Below are positions 1 through 9,084 of a stretch of DNA of 40,800 bases, piece after piece. Numbering within the stretch: the stretch's first letter is position 1; each line of letters begins with the position of its first letter. The notes below the pieces were generated by a model. It worked only from the letters and a program-made list of their open reading frames with translations. It was not told the origin of the DNA and made no database searches. The stretch comes from Candidatus Woesearchaeota archaeon (GTDB lineage: Archaea > Nanobdellota > Nanobdellia > Pacearchaeales > GW2011-AR1), in NCBI GenBank assembly GCA_964482665.1, contig CAYZYW010000004.1, forward strand, positions 1 through 40,800. The letters are read 5' to 3'. The position numbers and the translations under genes were made by a program.

Positions 1-34
1 ATGTTTAAATAATATTTATTCTAAAAGTTCTCAT

Positions 35-862
35 ATGGATTATACTAATGATAGCCAAAGATATCTTCAAAAATTAAAAGAAAGATGTATTTTAAAGGGG
101 TATTCTTCGCAGACAATTAAATCTTATACTTATAATGTTTCTAGATATCTATCTTTTTTAAGTAAAGGTAGACTTAATCTAACAAATGACAGTGTTAAGT
201 CTTATTTGTTAACACTTAATCTTTCTGTTAATTCCATTAGGCTTCAATATGCCTCAATTAGCTTCTTTTTTAGAGAAATATTAAAACATCCTTTTAATTT
301 TGACGATATTCCAATAAAAAAGAGAGAGAAATCTTTACCTAAGGTAATTAGTAAAGAAAAAATAAAAGCTATACTTAATTTATGTCAAAATCTCAAACAT
401 AGAGTAATTATAAAACTTCTCTACTCTTCTGGATTAAGACTTCAAGAATTGATAAATTTAAAACGAAAAGATATTGATTTTGAAAGAAATACTTTACATG
501 TAAAAAATGGGAAGGGAAAGAAAGATAGAATAACAATTGTATCTGAAAATTTAAAACTAGATTTGTTAAAATATTATAGCAACTATCAATTTAATACCGA
601 ATATATCCTAAATGGAAGAAAGGGGAAGTATTCAAAAAAATCTGTTCAAAAAGTTTTAGATTTTTTTGGAAAAAAAGTTGAAATAAAATTGACCCCACAT
701 ATGCTTCGACACTCTTTTGCAACGCATCTATTAGAACAAGGAACTGATATCCGATATATCCAAAAACTACTCGGACATTCCAACTTGGAAACAACTCAAA
801 TTTATACACATGTAGCAAATTCTGATATTGCGAAAATTAAATCTCCCTTGGATAATTTATAA
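35..862 (+). CDS. Xer-family tyrosine recombinase/integrase with N-terminal SAM-like domain
   Basis: Complete catalytic set: SGLRLQE (R), GKGKKDR (K), HMLRHSFATH (HxxR), LGHS (H), TQIYTHV (Y); 275 aa. Confidence 0.92.
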   Translation: MDYTNDSQRYLQKLKERCILKGYSSQTIKSYTYNVSRYLSFLSKGRLNLTNDSVKSYLLTLNLSVNSIRLQYASISFFFREILKHPFNFDDIPIKKREKSLPKVISKEKIKAILNLCQNLKHRVIIKLLYSSGLRLQELINLKRKDIDFERNTLHVKNGKGKKDRITIVSENLKLDLLKYYSNYQFNTEYILNGRKGKYSKKSVQKVLDFFGKKVEIKLTPHMLRHSFATHLLEQGTDIRYIQKLLGHSNLETTQIYTHVANSDIAKIKSPLDNL

Positions 863-863
863 T

Positions 864-1406
864 ATGAAAAAAATTCCTAAAGAAAATAAAGAAAAAATTA
901 TGAAAATGATTGAAGAAGCTGGGAGTGAAAAATATGAAACGTCGTGGAATGAAGCTGGTATTTTTTCTACCTCTAAAAAAAAATCAAATGTTAAAAAAGG
1001 TAAAAATTCTCGCGCCAAAGGAGCTCGATTTGAATTAAAGGTTCGAAAAGATTTGACGGAAAAAGGTAGAATTGTCGACAAATGGGGAAACAATATTGAC
1101 CTTGATGAAAATAAAATAATTATCGCAAAGCGAAAATTTAATCCATTTTCAAAAGTTATGACAATTGGGACAGGATTCCCTGACTTTGTTTCAATTAAAC
1201 ATGTTAATAATGAATTGTATAGCGTGATTGCTGTTGAAGTTAAAATGAATGGGCTACTTTCAAAAATTGAAAAAGAAAAATGTGCATGGTATTTAAAAAA
1301 TAAAATCTTTTCTCAAGTTTGGATTGCAAAACAAGGGGAAAAACGAGGGCAAATTGAATATGTTGACTTCAAAGAAAAATATGGAAATAAATATAGCAAT
1401 ATTTAA
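864..1406 (+). CDS. PD-(D/E)XK nuclease, Holliday-junction resolvase (Hjc)-like
   Basis: KGARFELKVRKDL...GFPDFV...AVEVK motif order typical of Hjc-type nucleases; ATG at 864 directly after the recombinase stop. Confidence 0.65.
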   Translation: MKKIPKENKEKIMKMIEEAGSEKYETSWNEAGIFSTSKKKSNVKKGKNSRAKGARFELKVRKDLTEKGRIVDKWGNNIDLDENKIIIAKRKFNPFSKVMTIGTGFPDFVSIKHVNNELYSVIAVEVKMNGLLSKIEKEKCAWYLKNKIFSQVWIAKQGEKRGQIEYVDFKEKYGNKYSNI

Positions 1407-1430
1407 AATAAATATATTCGTTGTTAACTA

Positions 1431-2117
1431 ATGAGGTGGTTTATGTGTTTAATTTCTGTTATTTTTTTATTGAGTTTTATTTCATGTATTAATATTAACG
1501 AATTCGAATTAAATCCTGCTGGTAGCGACTCTGGAACCGAATGGATTGAATTCTATAGCGATGATGAAATTGACCTAAAGGATTATAGGATTATGAATAA
1601 TGATGGTGGTGAAATAACATTAAGTGGAAGTTTTTCAGGTTATTTTATTTATGAATTTGAAAAACAATGGTTGGATAATTCGGATGAGGGAATTTTTTTA
1701 TACAAAGGGGATGACTTGATTGATGAAACAGGAATAAGTTATGATTCAAAAAATGATGATAGAACATTGCAATATTGTGATACTTGGATTTTTACAGAAT
1801 CCACAAAAGGTGAAAAAAATAAATGTGAAAATGAAGCTAAAGAACCAAAAGATAATTTAGATAAAGAACCTGATGATGAACTTGAAAAACAAAACGAAGC
1901 TTTAGGGAAAGATATTAAAAATATAGACAAGGAAAAAGTGTCGCCCGTTACGGGAAATACTCCAATTATTTTAACTCCAAAAAGTATAAAAACGGAAAAA
2001 GATATGGATAGATACGCAATTTATTGTTTTGCAATTTTTTGCGTGTTGCTTGGATCTTTATTTTGGATTAAAAAAAAGCAACAAAAAAAACATGTGAGTG
2101 AATTTGAAAATGAGTGA
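1431..2117 (+). CDS. Secreted, membrane-anchored protein with lamin-tail-domain-like N-terminus
   Basis: Signal peptide, ININEFELNPAGSDSGTEWIEFY (LTD-like INE..NP...EWIE motif), acidic linker, C-terminal TM followed by KKK. Confidence 0.7.
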   Translation: MRWFMCLISVIFLLSFISCININEFELNPAGSDSGTEWIEFYSDDEIDLKDYRIMNNDGGEITLSGSFSGYFIYEFEKQWLDNSDEGIFLYKGDDLIDETGISYDSKNDDRTLQYCDTWIFTESTKGEKNKCENEAKEPKDNLDKEPDDELEKQNEALGKDIKNIDKEKVSPVTGNTPIILTPKSIKTEKDMDRYAIYCFAIFCVLLGSLFWIKKKQQKKHVSEFENE

Positions 2118-2550
2118 AAAAATAAAAGCAACAATGATTCTTGAAATGATAGGTAGACCTCCTGAACATATGGTAAAGGTTTTGAATGAAATTATTGATA
2201 AAATGAATGATGAGAAAAAAGTTGAAGTTTATGAACGAAAAGTTAAAGAGCCAACTCTATTAAAAGACCAAAAAGATTTATATTCTGCTTTTGCGGAAAT
2301 TGAAGTTGAGGTTGAAGAGATAATGTATCTTATTATGTTAGTTTTCAAATACAAGCCTTCGCATGTTGAAGTTCTTTCTCCTGAATTTATCAAATTGCAA
2401 AATAATGATTTAGGTGAAGTGCTGAGCGAAATCACAAGAAAAATTCATATTGCAGATAGCACAATCCAAGCTGTTCAAATACAGAACCAACAGATGGTTA
2501 AAAAAGTAAAAGAGTTTATGGAAAAAAAGAAGAGTGAAGAAAAGGTTTGA
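2110..2550 (+). CDS. Hypothetical protein (ferredoxin-like alpha/beta pattern plus C-terminal coiled coil)
   Basis: 146-aa ORF overlapping the upstream stop; EMIGRPPEH and YSAFAEIE segments; normal codon composition. Confidence 0.6.
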   Translation: MSEKIKATMILEMIGRPPEHMVKVLNEIIDKMNDEKKVEVYERKVKEPTLLKDQKDLYSAFAEIEVEVEEIMYLIMLVFKYKPSHVEVLSPEFIKLQNNDLGEVLSEITRKIHIADSTIQAVQIQNQQMVKKVKEFMEKKKSEEKV

Positions 2551-2568
2551 GGTTGTGGGAATATTTTC

Positions 2569-3576
2569 CTAAAATCCAACATTTCGTCTAGTTTTTCCGT
2601 GTTGTTTTGTTTTATAAAACCACGCCAAAAAACCAACTGCAATAAAAACCAATAACCATCCAATTGTTTTTCCCCATGATGATTTTTCAACTTCTTTACA
2701 TTCTCCTATGCAACACATTGTGTCTTGGGCTGTTACACTAATCCCTTGACACTCGTATCCTTCCTCGCAAACAATTCCCTCCATTTCAGAACATGTTTTA
2801 ATGGATGAGGTGGAATCATTTTCCTTATTTGACTGTGTATTATTTTCTATTGGAACTTCGCTTTTATTCTCATCATCATCTGAATTATTTTCAACAGGCT
2901 CCCAAATTTGTTCTTCAAATTTTACAAAAAGAGGTATGTTATAATATTGCTCGCTTGATTTTAATTCAATGTATCTTAACTCATCCTTTGTAATATTTTC
3001 TAATGTGAATTCAATTATTTTTTTATCTCCTGATATAAGTGTTATTGATTTTTCATATTTAGATAAATCTTCTTTCCCTGAAAAAAGACTTTCCCAAAAT
3101 CCTTTTGGTGATGATTCAATTAATTCACTTGTTCGTAATTCAATATTTATTTTCTTATCTTGAAAGTTTTGAACTTCTATTTCAACATCTCCTGTTGTCT
3201 CAAAAAATCCAGGATTTATTGAAAAAATTGTTGTTTCATTTGATATCGAAAAGTTTTTTACAATGTATTCTTCTGAAATTTTATTCCCCTTCATGTATTG
3301 TACATCTTGTATCGAGATTGAATAATTTGCTTCATTTTCTGGAAGCTGTGCATAAACATAAAACTCATCTTTAAATTTTTTCACTTCAGGTATAATTGCT
3401 ACTAATGTATAATCTCTATAGAAAAAAATATTTTTATCCAATACTGGTTTTAAAAAATTTCCTGAAATTTTTGCAATTAATGTTTCTCCTTGACTAAAAT
3501 TAGATTTCATTTCAACTTCAACAGAAGACATTAAAGGTAGTAACAATAATAAGATTAAAAATATAATTTTTTTCAT
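2569..3576 (-). CDS. Secreted surface protein with Cys-rich module and C-terminal TM anchor
   Basis: Signal peptide MKKIIFLILLL, many N-x-S/T sequons, TCSEMEGIVCEEGYEC...CCIGEC module, C-terminal TM plus basic tail. Confidence 0.75.
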   Translation of the reverse strand: MKKIIFLILLLLLPLMSSVEVEMKSNFSQGETLIAKISGNFLKPVLDKNIFFYRDYTLVAIIPEVKKFKDEFYVYAQLPENEANYSISIQDVQYMKGNKISEEYIVKNFSISNETTIFSINPGFFETTGDVEIEVQNFQDKKINIELRTSELIESSPKGFWESLFSGKEDLSKYEKSITLISGDKKIIEFTLENITKDELRYIELKSSEQYYNIPLFVKFEEQIWEPVENNSDDDENKSEVPIENNTQSNKENDSTSSIKTCSEMEGIVCEEGYECQGISVTAQDTMCCIGECKEVEKSSWGKTIGWLLVFIAVGFLAWFYKTKQHGKTRRNVGF

Positions 3577-3616
3577 ATTGAATAAAAGTCTGATGGGTTA
3601 ATAAAGTTTTTGAAAC

Positions 3617-5413
3617 CTACTGCCCCATGTCTCTCAATTTTTTAAGAACGTCATCTAATTCTTGTTTTGGTTTTTGAGGAGGTCTTTGACTCATTTGTTT
3701 TCTTACAGGTGTTGGCAATATTCTTCTTTGAACAGGTCTTTGCATTCCTGGTCTCGGAGGAAATCCTGGTCTTTTTGCAGGCATTCCTGATTTTGGTTTT
3801 TTCTTAAAATTTGATTGAACTCTTAACCACAATGGTCTTAACTTATCTCTAAAAACAATTCCCAAAATTGTTAAAATTATTAAAGCTAAAAGTATCCATA
3901 ACCACCAATAGCTTGTTTTTTCTTTTTCTATTTTCATACAACAGCTATCACCTAAAGCGCATGTCTCCATTGTAGATTCCTCTTCATCATCTAAACATCC
4001 TAATGCTCTACACTCTCCGCCTTCACTTTCACAAAAATCTTCTTCAACTTCTGGAATAGTGCATACTCCTTCGATGCAACATTGTCCGCCTTCAGTACTT
4101 TCCATCCTTCCCCCTAAGCATTTTGTTTGAGCAGATGTGCAAATATTTCCATTTTTATCTTCACAAGTTGAAACCACTTGTGGCTTACTACAACATATTG
4201 ATACACCGCAACCAGGATTAGTTAACACAGATCCCCCTGCAACTGTACATTCAATTGAACTTATACAATATCCACCTGAATCAGAACATAATGTTTCTGT
4301 TCCACCTCCATTTCCGCCTCCCTGTACTCCTCCAAACATTGAATATAATAAAAATCCCGTGTCCACCTTATTTCCATCATCCCAGCACCCCTCATTTTCT
4401 CCTTCTGTTCCTTGTTCCTCAAAAATCCATTCTTCAGCTTTCGCTTCTACTTCTGATCCAGAATCTAATGTTAATAATGCTAAAGCTGTTCCATAAAATT
4501 TATCATTGTTATATTTCCATGATCCTTCTGAGTATTGTTTGTTAATAAAATCGTTTGTAAAAGATTGATCAAAATGTGATAAAAATGCTTCTGGCATATA
4601 TTTTTCATTGCTATCTGCTAACGTTACTAAATATGGCATATATTCTGCCGTATCTATCCTTAATGTTTCAAGAATTAATGTTGCCCAAAGTGTTCCCTCA
4701 TAATTACATATATTTGAATTTCCAAAACATGATGAATGAATTTCTTCCGTTGTTGTTGAATCTACTGATCCCGAATGTGTGTTGCTTGAGACATACATAG
4801 TTGGTTTGTTTGTTTGTTTGTAAATCAAATTTGTTTTAAATGATTGGTCACATGTTATTTCAAATATATTGTCTTGACATGATTGTGCTATTTTAAACCA
4901 ATAATTATCCATTACAGTTAAGCATGAATTACTATCTATTGTTACTGACTTATCTTTACTTATCGTAGCGGATATCGACTTGTCTTTATATGATATTGTA
5001 CATTTTGCTATTTCATCTACTGTCTGATCTACCTGCAAAAGCCATTCCAATTCTTTCGGTGTTGTTTTTTTAGAAAGCATCCATTGCTTTGCTTTTTCAA
5101 TATTTTCCGTATCTTTTAATGCCAATACTGCCTGAGCTGTTGATTTTAAATCGCAATTGTCTTTTGGCCAACATTCACTTTCATTTTTTGCATCATTAAC
5201 AAGTTCAGTTCTACATTCACCTAATCCAAGTAATGCGAATGTTTTTTCTTCAGTTGTTAAGCTCGAACAATCACCTCCTATTTTTTCTGTCAAACAATCT
5301 ATCGCCTTTTCTCTTTTGCAATCCTTTCCACATTCATCATCTTCTGCTATAATAAAAGATAAACTAAATACCAATAGGCACAATAAAGATAATGCAACCA
5401 CTCTTTTTTTCAT
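3617..5413 (-). CDS. Membrane-anchored Cys-rich surface protein with alpha/alpha-toroid-like repeats and Pro/Arg-rich cytoplasmic tail
   Basis: Signal peptide; TAQAVLAL...AKQW, QYSEGSW...TALALL and GCW repeats (prenyltransferase/TED-like); three Cys modules; TM YWWLWILLAL; P/R-rich tail. Confidence 0.72.
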   Translation of the reverse strand: MKKRVVALSLLCLLVFSLSFIIAEDDECGKDCKREKAIDCLTEKIGGDCSSLTTEEKTFALLGLGECRTELVNDAKNESECWPKDNCDLKSTAQAVLALKDTENIEKAKQWMLSKKTTPKELEWLLQVDQTVDEIAKCTISYKDKSISATISKDKSVTIDSNSCLTVMDNYWFKIAQSCQDNIFEITCDQSFKTNLIYKQTNKPTMYVSSNTHSGSVDSTTTEEIHSSCFGNSNICNYEGTLWATLILETLRIDTAEYMPYLVTLADSNEKYMPEAFLSHFDQSFTNDFINKQYSEGSWKYNNDKFYGTALALLTLDSGSEVEAKAEEWIFEEQGTEGENEGCWDDGNKVDTGFLLYSMFGGVQGGGNGGGTETLCSDSGGYCISSIECTVAGGSVLTNPGCGVSICCSKPQVVSTCEDKNGNICTSAQTKCLGGRMESTEGGQCCIEGVCTIPEVEEDFCESEGGECRALGCLDDEEESTMETCALGDSCCMKIEKEKTSYWWLWILLALIILTILGIVFRDKLRPLWLRVQSNFKKKPKSGMPAKRPGFPPRPGMQRPVQRRILPTPVRKQMSQRPPQKPKQELDDVLKKLRDMGQ

Positions 5414-5435
5414 AAACAAGATAGTTAAATGTTGT

Positions 5436-7013
5436 TTATAAATATTTCTTTGTTTTTTTAGAATTTTTTTTAAGTTTTGTTTTTTTTACTTTCGTTTCTG
5501 TTTTGTTTTGAATTAAATTTTTTCTAATTACATAATTTGTTGGATTTTTTAATTTCGAACAAAATTGGTCTGGCAAACACACTCCAAGATTTTGATAAAA
5601 CTCTTTACAATTTTGAGGCAATATTGGCTTTCGTCTATAACTCCAATTTAATTGTGAAATTATGTATCCTTTTTTTAATGGAACTTCGTTTTTTTCGTTC
5701 CATTCGTATATTCTTTTTTCAAGTTCAATTTTTTCTAATCCTATTGATCTAAATAAATTTATTAAAACAAATACCGCTCGTTTTTTACCATCGCTAATTC
5801 CTTCTAATATTTTTTTAATACATGGTGGGAAATTTTCATCTTTTAAATTTTCTAATTTTATTTTTGCATAATTTGCAAATTTTCCTGTTGTTTTCTGGAT
5901 GCTTTGCTTTGGCTTGTTTAAGCTATACCAATCCAATGCTCGCATAACAAATTCTTTGGCTTCATTTTCATCTGAATCTGGCATAAAATTTTTTACTTTT
6001 ACATTTAATGCATTTGCGTCTTTAAATTCAAAACCATCTATTTCTTTTGGGTCGATTACTACGCTTGATAATGCTGTTTTTTCATGAAGAGAATATGGCA
6101 TTCTAAATAAATGCCTTGGGGAAACCAGGGCTATATCCAATCCCATTAATTCGAATAGGTCCTCTTGTATGCTTTTTGAAAAATTATCTGGATTCGTTCC
6201 TGAGTTTATTTGACATTGGTTGCATTCTGAATAAGGTATTGACTTTTTTACTTCGAATTTTTTTCTGCAACTTGGACATTTAAATTCTTTTATGTTTTCT
6301 TTTGGAAGTTTTCTTTGTTCTCCAATTTTACAATTTGGACAAAAAAAATCTGTCAAAATAAATTCATCTGCTATATTATTACATCTATTGCATTTTATTC
6401 CTCGTTTTATTTTTACATCCTTAAATTGTTTATCAAAATCTTCAGGTAAATTTTGCTCCATTATTTTTTCAGCTTCAGCTCCCAAATATGCCACGAGTTT
6501 TCTTGGTAAATCTGGGAATAAGTCCTTTGTGTTTTCGCCTGCAATTTGTTTTGGAAAAGCTTTGTATGGAACTATTATATGCCAACCTTTTGAACCTGAG
6601 AATTTTAAACCTATGTTTTCCACTTTATTTTGCTTCAATGCTTGAATTATTGCTTTTGCTGCTAATTTTGAATAATCGAACCATTTGCAATCTATGTCTA
6701 TCAATAGATCCCACCCTGTTCTTAATTTGTCTGATTCTTTGGCTGTCATTCCTGTTTTAATATTCATAGGATCTTTCCATAATTCTTCAGAACAATGCAA
6801 AGAGGTTGCACCATTTTTCACAAATCCTAAAACATCTCCTAAATATTGCAATGAATCTGGTCTTGTTCCGAAACCTTCGAAATATCTTGGTGAAATTTCT
6901 CTATTTTTTGAAAATTTAAAAATTGCCTTTTGAACTTCTGGTTTAGAATAATATAGATGGGTTATTTTTCTTACTCTTTCTTCTCGTATAGATTTTGGCT
7001 TAAAATTTTCCAT
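5436..7013 (-). CDS. priSL: Fused DNA primase small+large subunit (PriS-PriL) with Zn-ribbon insertion
   Basis: PriS motifs GWDLLIDID, FSGSKGWH, RHLFRMPYSLH; PriL-like C-terminus FPPCI...QNC...GVC...FC; insert with four CxxC. Confidence 0.9.
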   Translation of the reverse strand: MENFKPKSIREERVRKITHLYYSKPEVQKAIFKFSKNREISPRYFEGFGTRPDSLQYLGDVLGFVKNGATSLHCSEELWKDPMNIKTGMTAKESDKLRTGWDLLIDIDCKWFDYSKLAAKAIIQALKQNKVENIGLKFSGSKGWHIIVPYKAFPKQIAGENTKDLFPDLPRKLVAYLGAEAEKIMEQNLPEDFDKQFKDVKIKRGIKCNRCNNIADEFILTDFFCPNCKIGEQRKLPKENIKEFKCPSCRKKFEVKKSIPYSECNQCQINSGTNPDNFSKSIQEDLFELMGLDIALVSPRHLFRMPYSLHEKTALSSVVIDPKEIDGFEFKDANALNVKVKNFMPDSDENEAKEFVMRALDWYSLNKPKQSIQKTTGKFANYAKIKLENLKDENFPPCIKKILEGISDGKKRAVFVLINLFRSIGLEKIELEKRIYEWNEKNEVPLKKGYIISQLNWSYRRKPILPQNCKEFYQNLGVCLPDQFCSKLKNPTNYVIRKNLIQNKTETKVKKTKLKKNSKKTKKYL

Positions 7014-7100
7014 GATTTATGAAAGGGTTTGTAATTTATATTGTTTTATATTGTTTTTCATCACAATAATGTTTAAAAGAGGAGATGTTTTTTAGTTTTC

Positions 7101-7826
7101 ATGTTAATTAAATTAGAAAATCCCGTTATATTAACAAAGGCTGTTGAAATTATCTCGGATCTTGTTATGGAAGTTCGATTGAAAGTTAATGAATTTGGGT
7201 TAAGTGTTGTTGCGATGGATCCTGCGAATGTTTCAATGGTTGCGTTTAAATTACCGAAAAGTTCATTTACTCAATTTGAGGCTGAAAGTGAAACATTGGG
7301 TGTTAACTTAGATGATTTGAAAAAGATTTTGAAACGTGGTGGTGCGAAGTCGACTTTAATTTTTGAAAAAAAAGATAACAAATTAGAAATTCAAATTGAA
7401 GATCGAATTCGTCGTAAATTTAGTCTTGGACTTATTGAAATTGACAGTGAAGACAAAAGTATACCTTCTTTAGAATTTAGCTCAGTTGTGAAATTGCAAA
7501 GTGTTGATTTTGTGGATTCGGTTGAGGATTGTAAAATTGTTGCAGATGCATGCTCTTTTATAGTTGAAGATGGAAAATTTGTTATTGAGGCTAAAGGAAT
7601 CAATTCTGCGCGCGCTGAATTTTCAGGCGATGAAGCTGAAATAAAAGCTGAAGATTGTAAAGCACGTTATAGTTTAGAATATTTACAAAAATTTTTGAAA
7701 GCTGCTAAATTAACAGATAAGGTTGTTTTAAATTTTGCAAATGATCACCCCTTAAGATTAGACGTTAAGCCAAAAGGCATGGAGATGAGTTTTATTTTAG
7801 CTCCAAGAGTTGAAACTGATGATTAA
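7101..7826 (+). CDS. pcn: PCNA DNA polymerase sliding clamp
   Basis: AMDPANVSMV, YSLEYL, FILAPRVE motifs; 241 aa. Confidence 0.97.
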   Translation: MLIKLENPVILTKAVEIISDLVMEVRLKVNEFGLSVVAMDPANVSMVAFKLPKSSFTQFEAESETLGVNLDDLKKILKRGGAKSTLIFEKKDNKLEIQIEDRIRRKFSLGLIEIDSEDKSIPSLEFSSVVKLQSVDFVDSVEDCKIVADACSFIVEDGKFVIEAKGINSARAEFSGDEAEIKAEDCKARYSLEYLQKFLKAAKLTDKVVLNFANDHPLRLDVKPKGMEMSFILAPRVETDD

Positions 7827-7829
7827 GAA

Positions 7830-8096
7830 ATGATAGACACAATTGAATACAAAAGAGAGGATGTGGATTATTTAGAACAATTTGAAAATATACTTAAAAA
7901 AATCAATCCTGAAATTAAAATCATAGAAGGTCTGGGATTTCCATATCGTAGATCATTTGGGGGAGAAGGAGTTTATATTCTATTTAAAGGTGAAATTGAA
8001 TTGCCCCATGCTAAAATTACAGTACTTTTAGAAGGTGATGACTTAAAAGTCTCTGATTTAAAAGCCAATTTAGAAAAACATCTTAATATTAAGTAA
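7830..8096 (+). CDS. Small hypothetical protein
   Basis: 88-aa ORF starting 3 nt after pcn; no recognisable motif. Confidence 0.55.
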   Translation: MIDTIEYKREDVDYLEQFENILKKINPEIKIIEGLGFPYRRSFGGEGVYILFKGEIELPHAKITVLLEGDDLKVSDLKANLEKHLNIK

Positions 8097-8174
8097 TACT
8101 TTGTATTACTTAATATGATTTAATATATTTTTTAACACAAAGTATATAAAGTAGCATTTTGTATTACTTAATAT
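8086..8174. promoter_or_regulatory. Palindromic operator plus repeated half-site around the promoter of the RHH/pilin cluster
   Basis: Perfect 14-bp inverted repeat ATATTAAGTAATAC-ttt-GTATTACTTAATAT (8086-8116); TTTGTATTACTTAATAT repeated at 8158-8174 abutting ATG 8175; TATA-like TATATAAA at ~8143-8150. Confidence 0.65.
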
Positions 8175-8315
8175 ATGAAGGCTAGAATTTCTGCAACTAT
8201 AGATGAAAAGAATTTGAAATTAATAGATATGTTTTTGAAAAAAGGCTCATATCGTAACAGGTCTCATGTTATAGAAGAAGCAATTAAATTATTTATGAAA
8301 GAAAATGCAAAATAA
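8175..8315 (+). CDS. Ribbon-helix-helix (CopG/MetJ-type) transcriptional regulator, 46 aa (missing from the ORF track)
   Basis: Manual translation MKARISATIDEKNLKLIDMFLKKGSYRNRSHVIEEAIKLFMKENAK: alternating beta-strand, helix, G-Y-x-NRS-x-VI-x-EAI RHH signature; overlaps the next ATG. Confidence 0.85.
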   Translation: MKARISATIDEKNLKLIDMFLKKGSYRNRSHVIEEAIKLFMKENAK

Positions 8316-9084
8316 AGGACAGGTTACAATTTTTATTGTTGTTAGTATTATAGTTGTTGTTGCCACTGGTTTATTTTTTACATTAAAGGGAAATATTTTA
8401 CCCGGAATGGGTACTGATTTTGGTAAAAATCCTGCCGGTTTTTTGAAAAATTGTATTGAAGATCAAGTTGAGGAGGGAATTATTTTAATTTCATCACAAG
8501 GTGGATCTGTAAATCCAGTATTCTATCAACCCTTTCAATTTACTGGTGAAGATTCAGTTAATATTTCATATTTATGTTTTAATAGAAATGATTTCAATCC
8601 TTGTAAAAATCAAATGCCTCTCTTAATGAAACATATGAAGAATGAATTAAAAACTTATGTTTCGGATACGGTTGACGAGTGCATTGATGAACTTAGTGAA
8701 GGTTTAGAAAAAGAAGGGTTTGCTGTCGAAACTCATTACTCTAGAGGTGATTTTGATTTAGACTTTGATCCAAAAAAAGTTTTAATAAATATAAATGCAA
8801 AACTTAATTTAATGAGAACTGATACTCCAACTATTTATGAAAATTTTAATGTTTCAATTCCTAGTAGAATTTACGAATTAGGTAATTTAGCCAGAGAAAT
8901 AGTAAATCAAGAAAGTCAATATTGTCATTTTTCAACTGATGGTTACCACGTTCTTCATCCTCAATATCAAATATCTCGTCATATTACTAATTCTATAAAA
9001 ATTTATACACTTGAATATGAAAATAGTTATGAAAAATTTAGATTCGCTGTAAGGGGGTGTTCTATTCCAGCTGGATTATGGTAA
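8305..9084 (+). CDS. Class III signal peptide (prepilin-like) protein, module 1
   Basis: NKG/QVTIFIVVSIIVVV N-terminus; paralog of 12876-13652 (shared GFL.NC.ED, SSQGGS.NP, YLC, FxFA.R....P.G). Confidence 0.8.
   Translation: MQNKGQVTIFIVVSIIVVVATGLFFTLKGNILPGMGTDFGKNPAGFLKNCIEDQVEEGIILISSQGGSVNPVFYQPFQFTGEDSVNISYLCFNRNDFNPCKNQMPLLMKHMKNELKTYVSDTVDECIDELSEGLEKEGFAVETHYSRGDFDLDFDPKKVLININAKLNLMRTDTPTIYENFNVSIPSRIYELGNLAREIVNQESQYCHFSTDGYHVLHPQYQISRHITNSIKIYTLEYENSYEKFRFAVRGCSIPAGLW

Noticed and set aside
35-862. Integron integrase with attC cassettes
   Set aside because: It lacks the IntI-specific insertion, and no attC array is recognisable in the window.
8086-8116. Shared ATTAAG...CTTAAT ends between this palindrome and the repeat-element hairpin
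   Set aside because: Inner arms and lengths differ, and a 6-bp AT-rich match is expected by chance.
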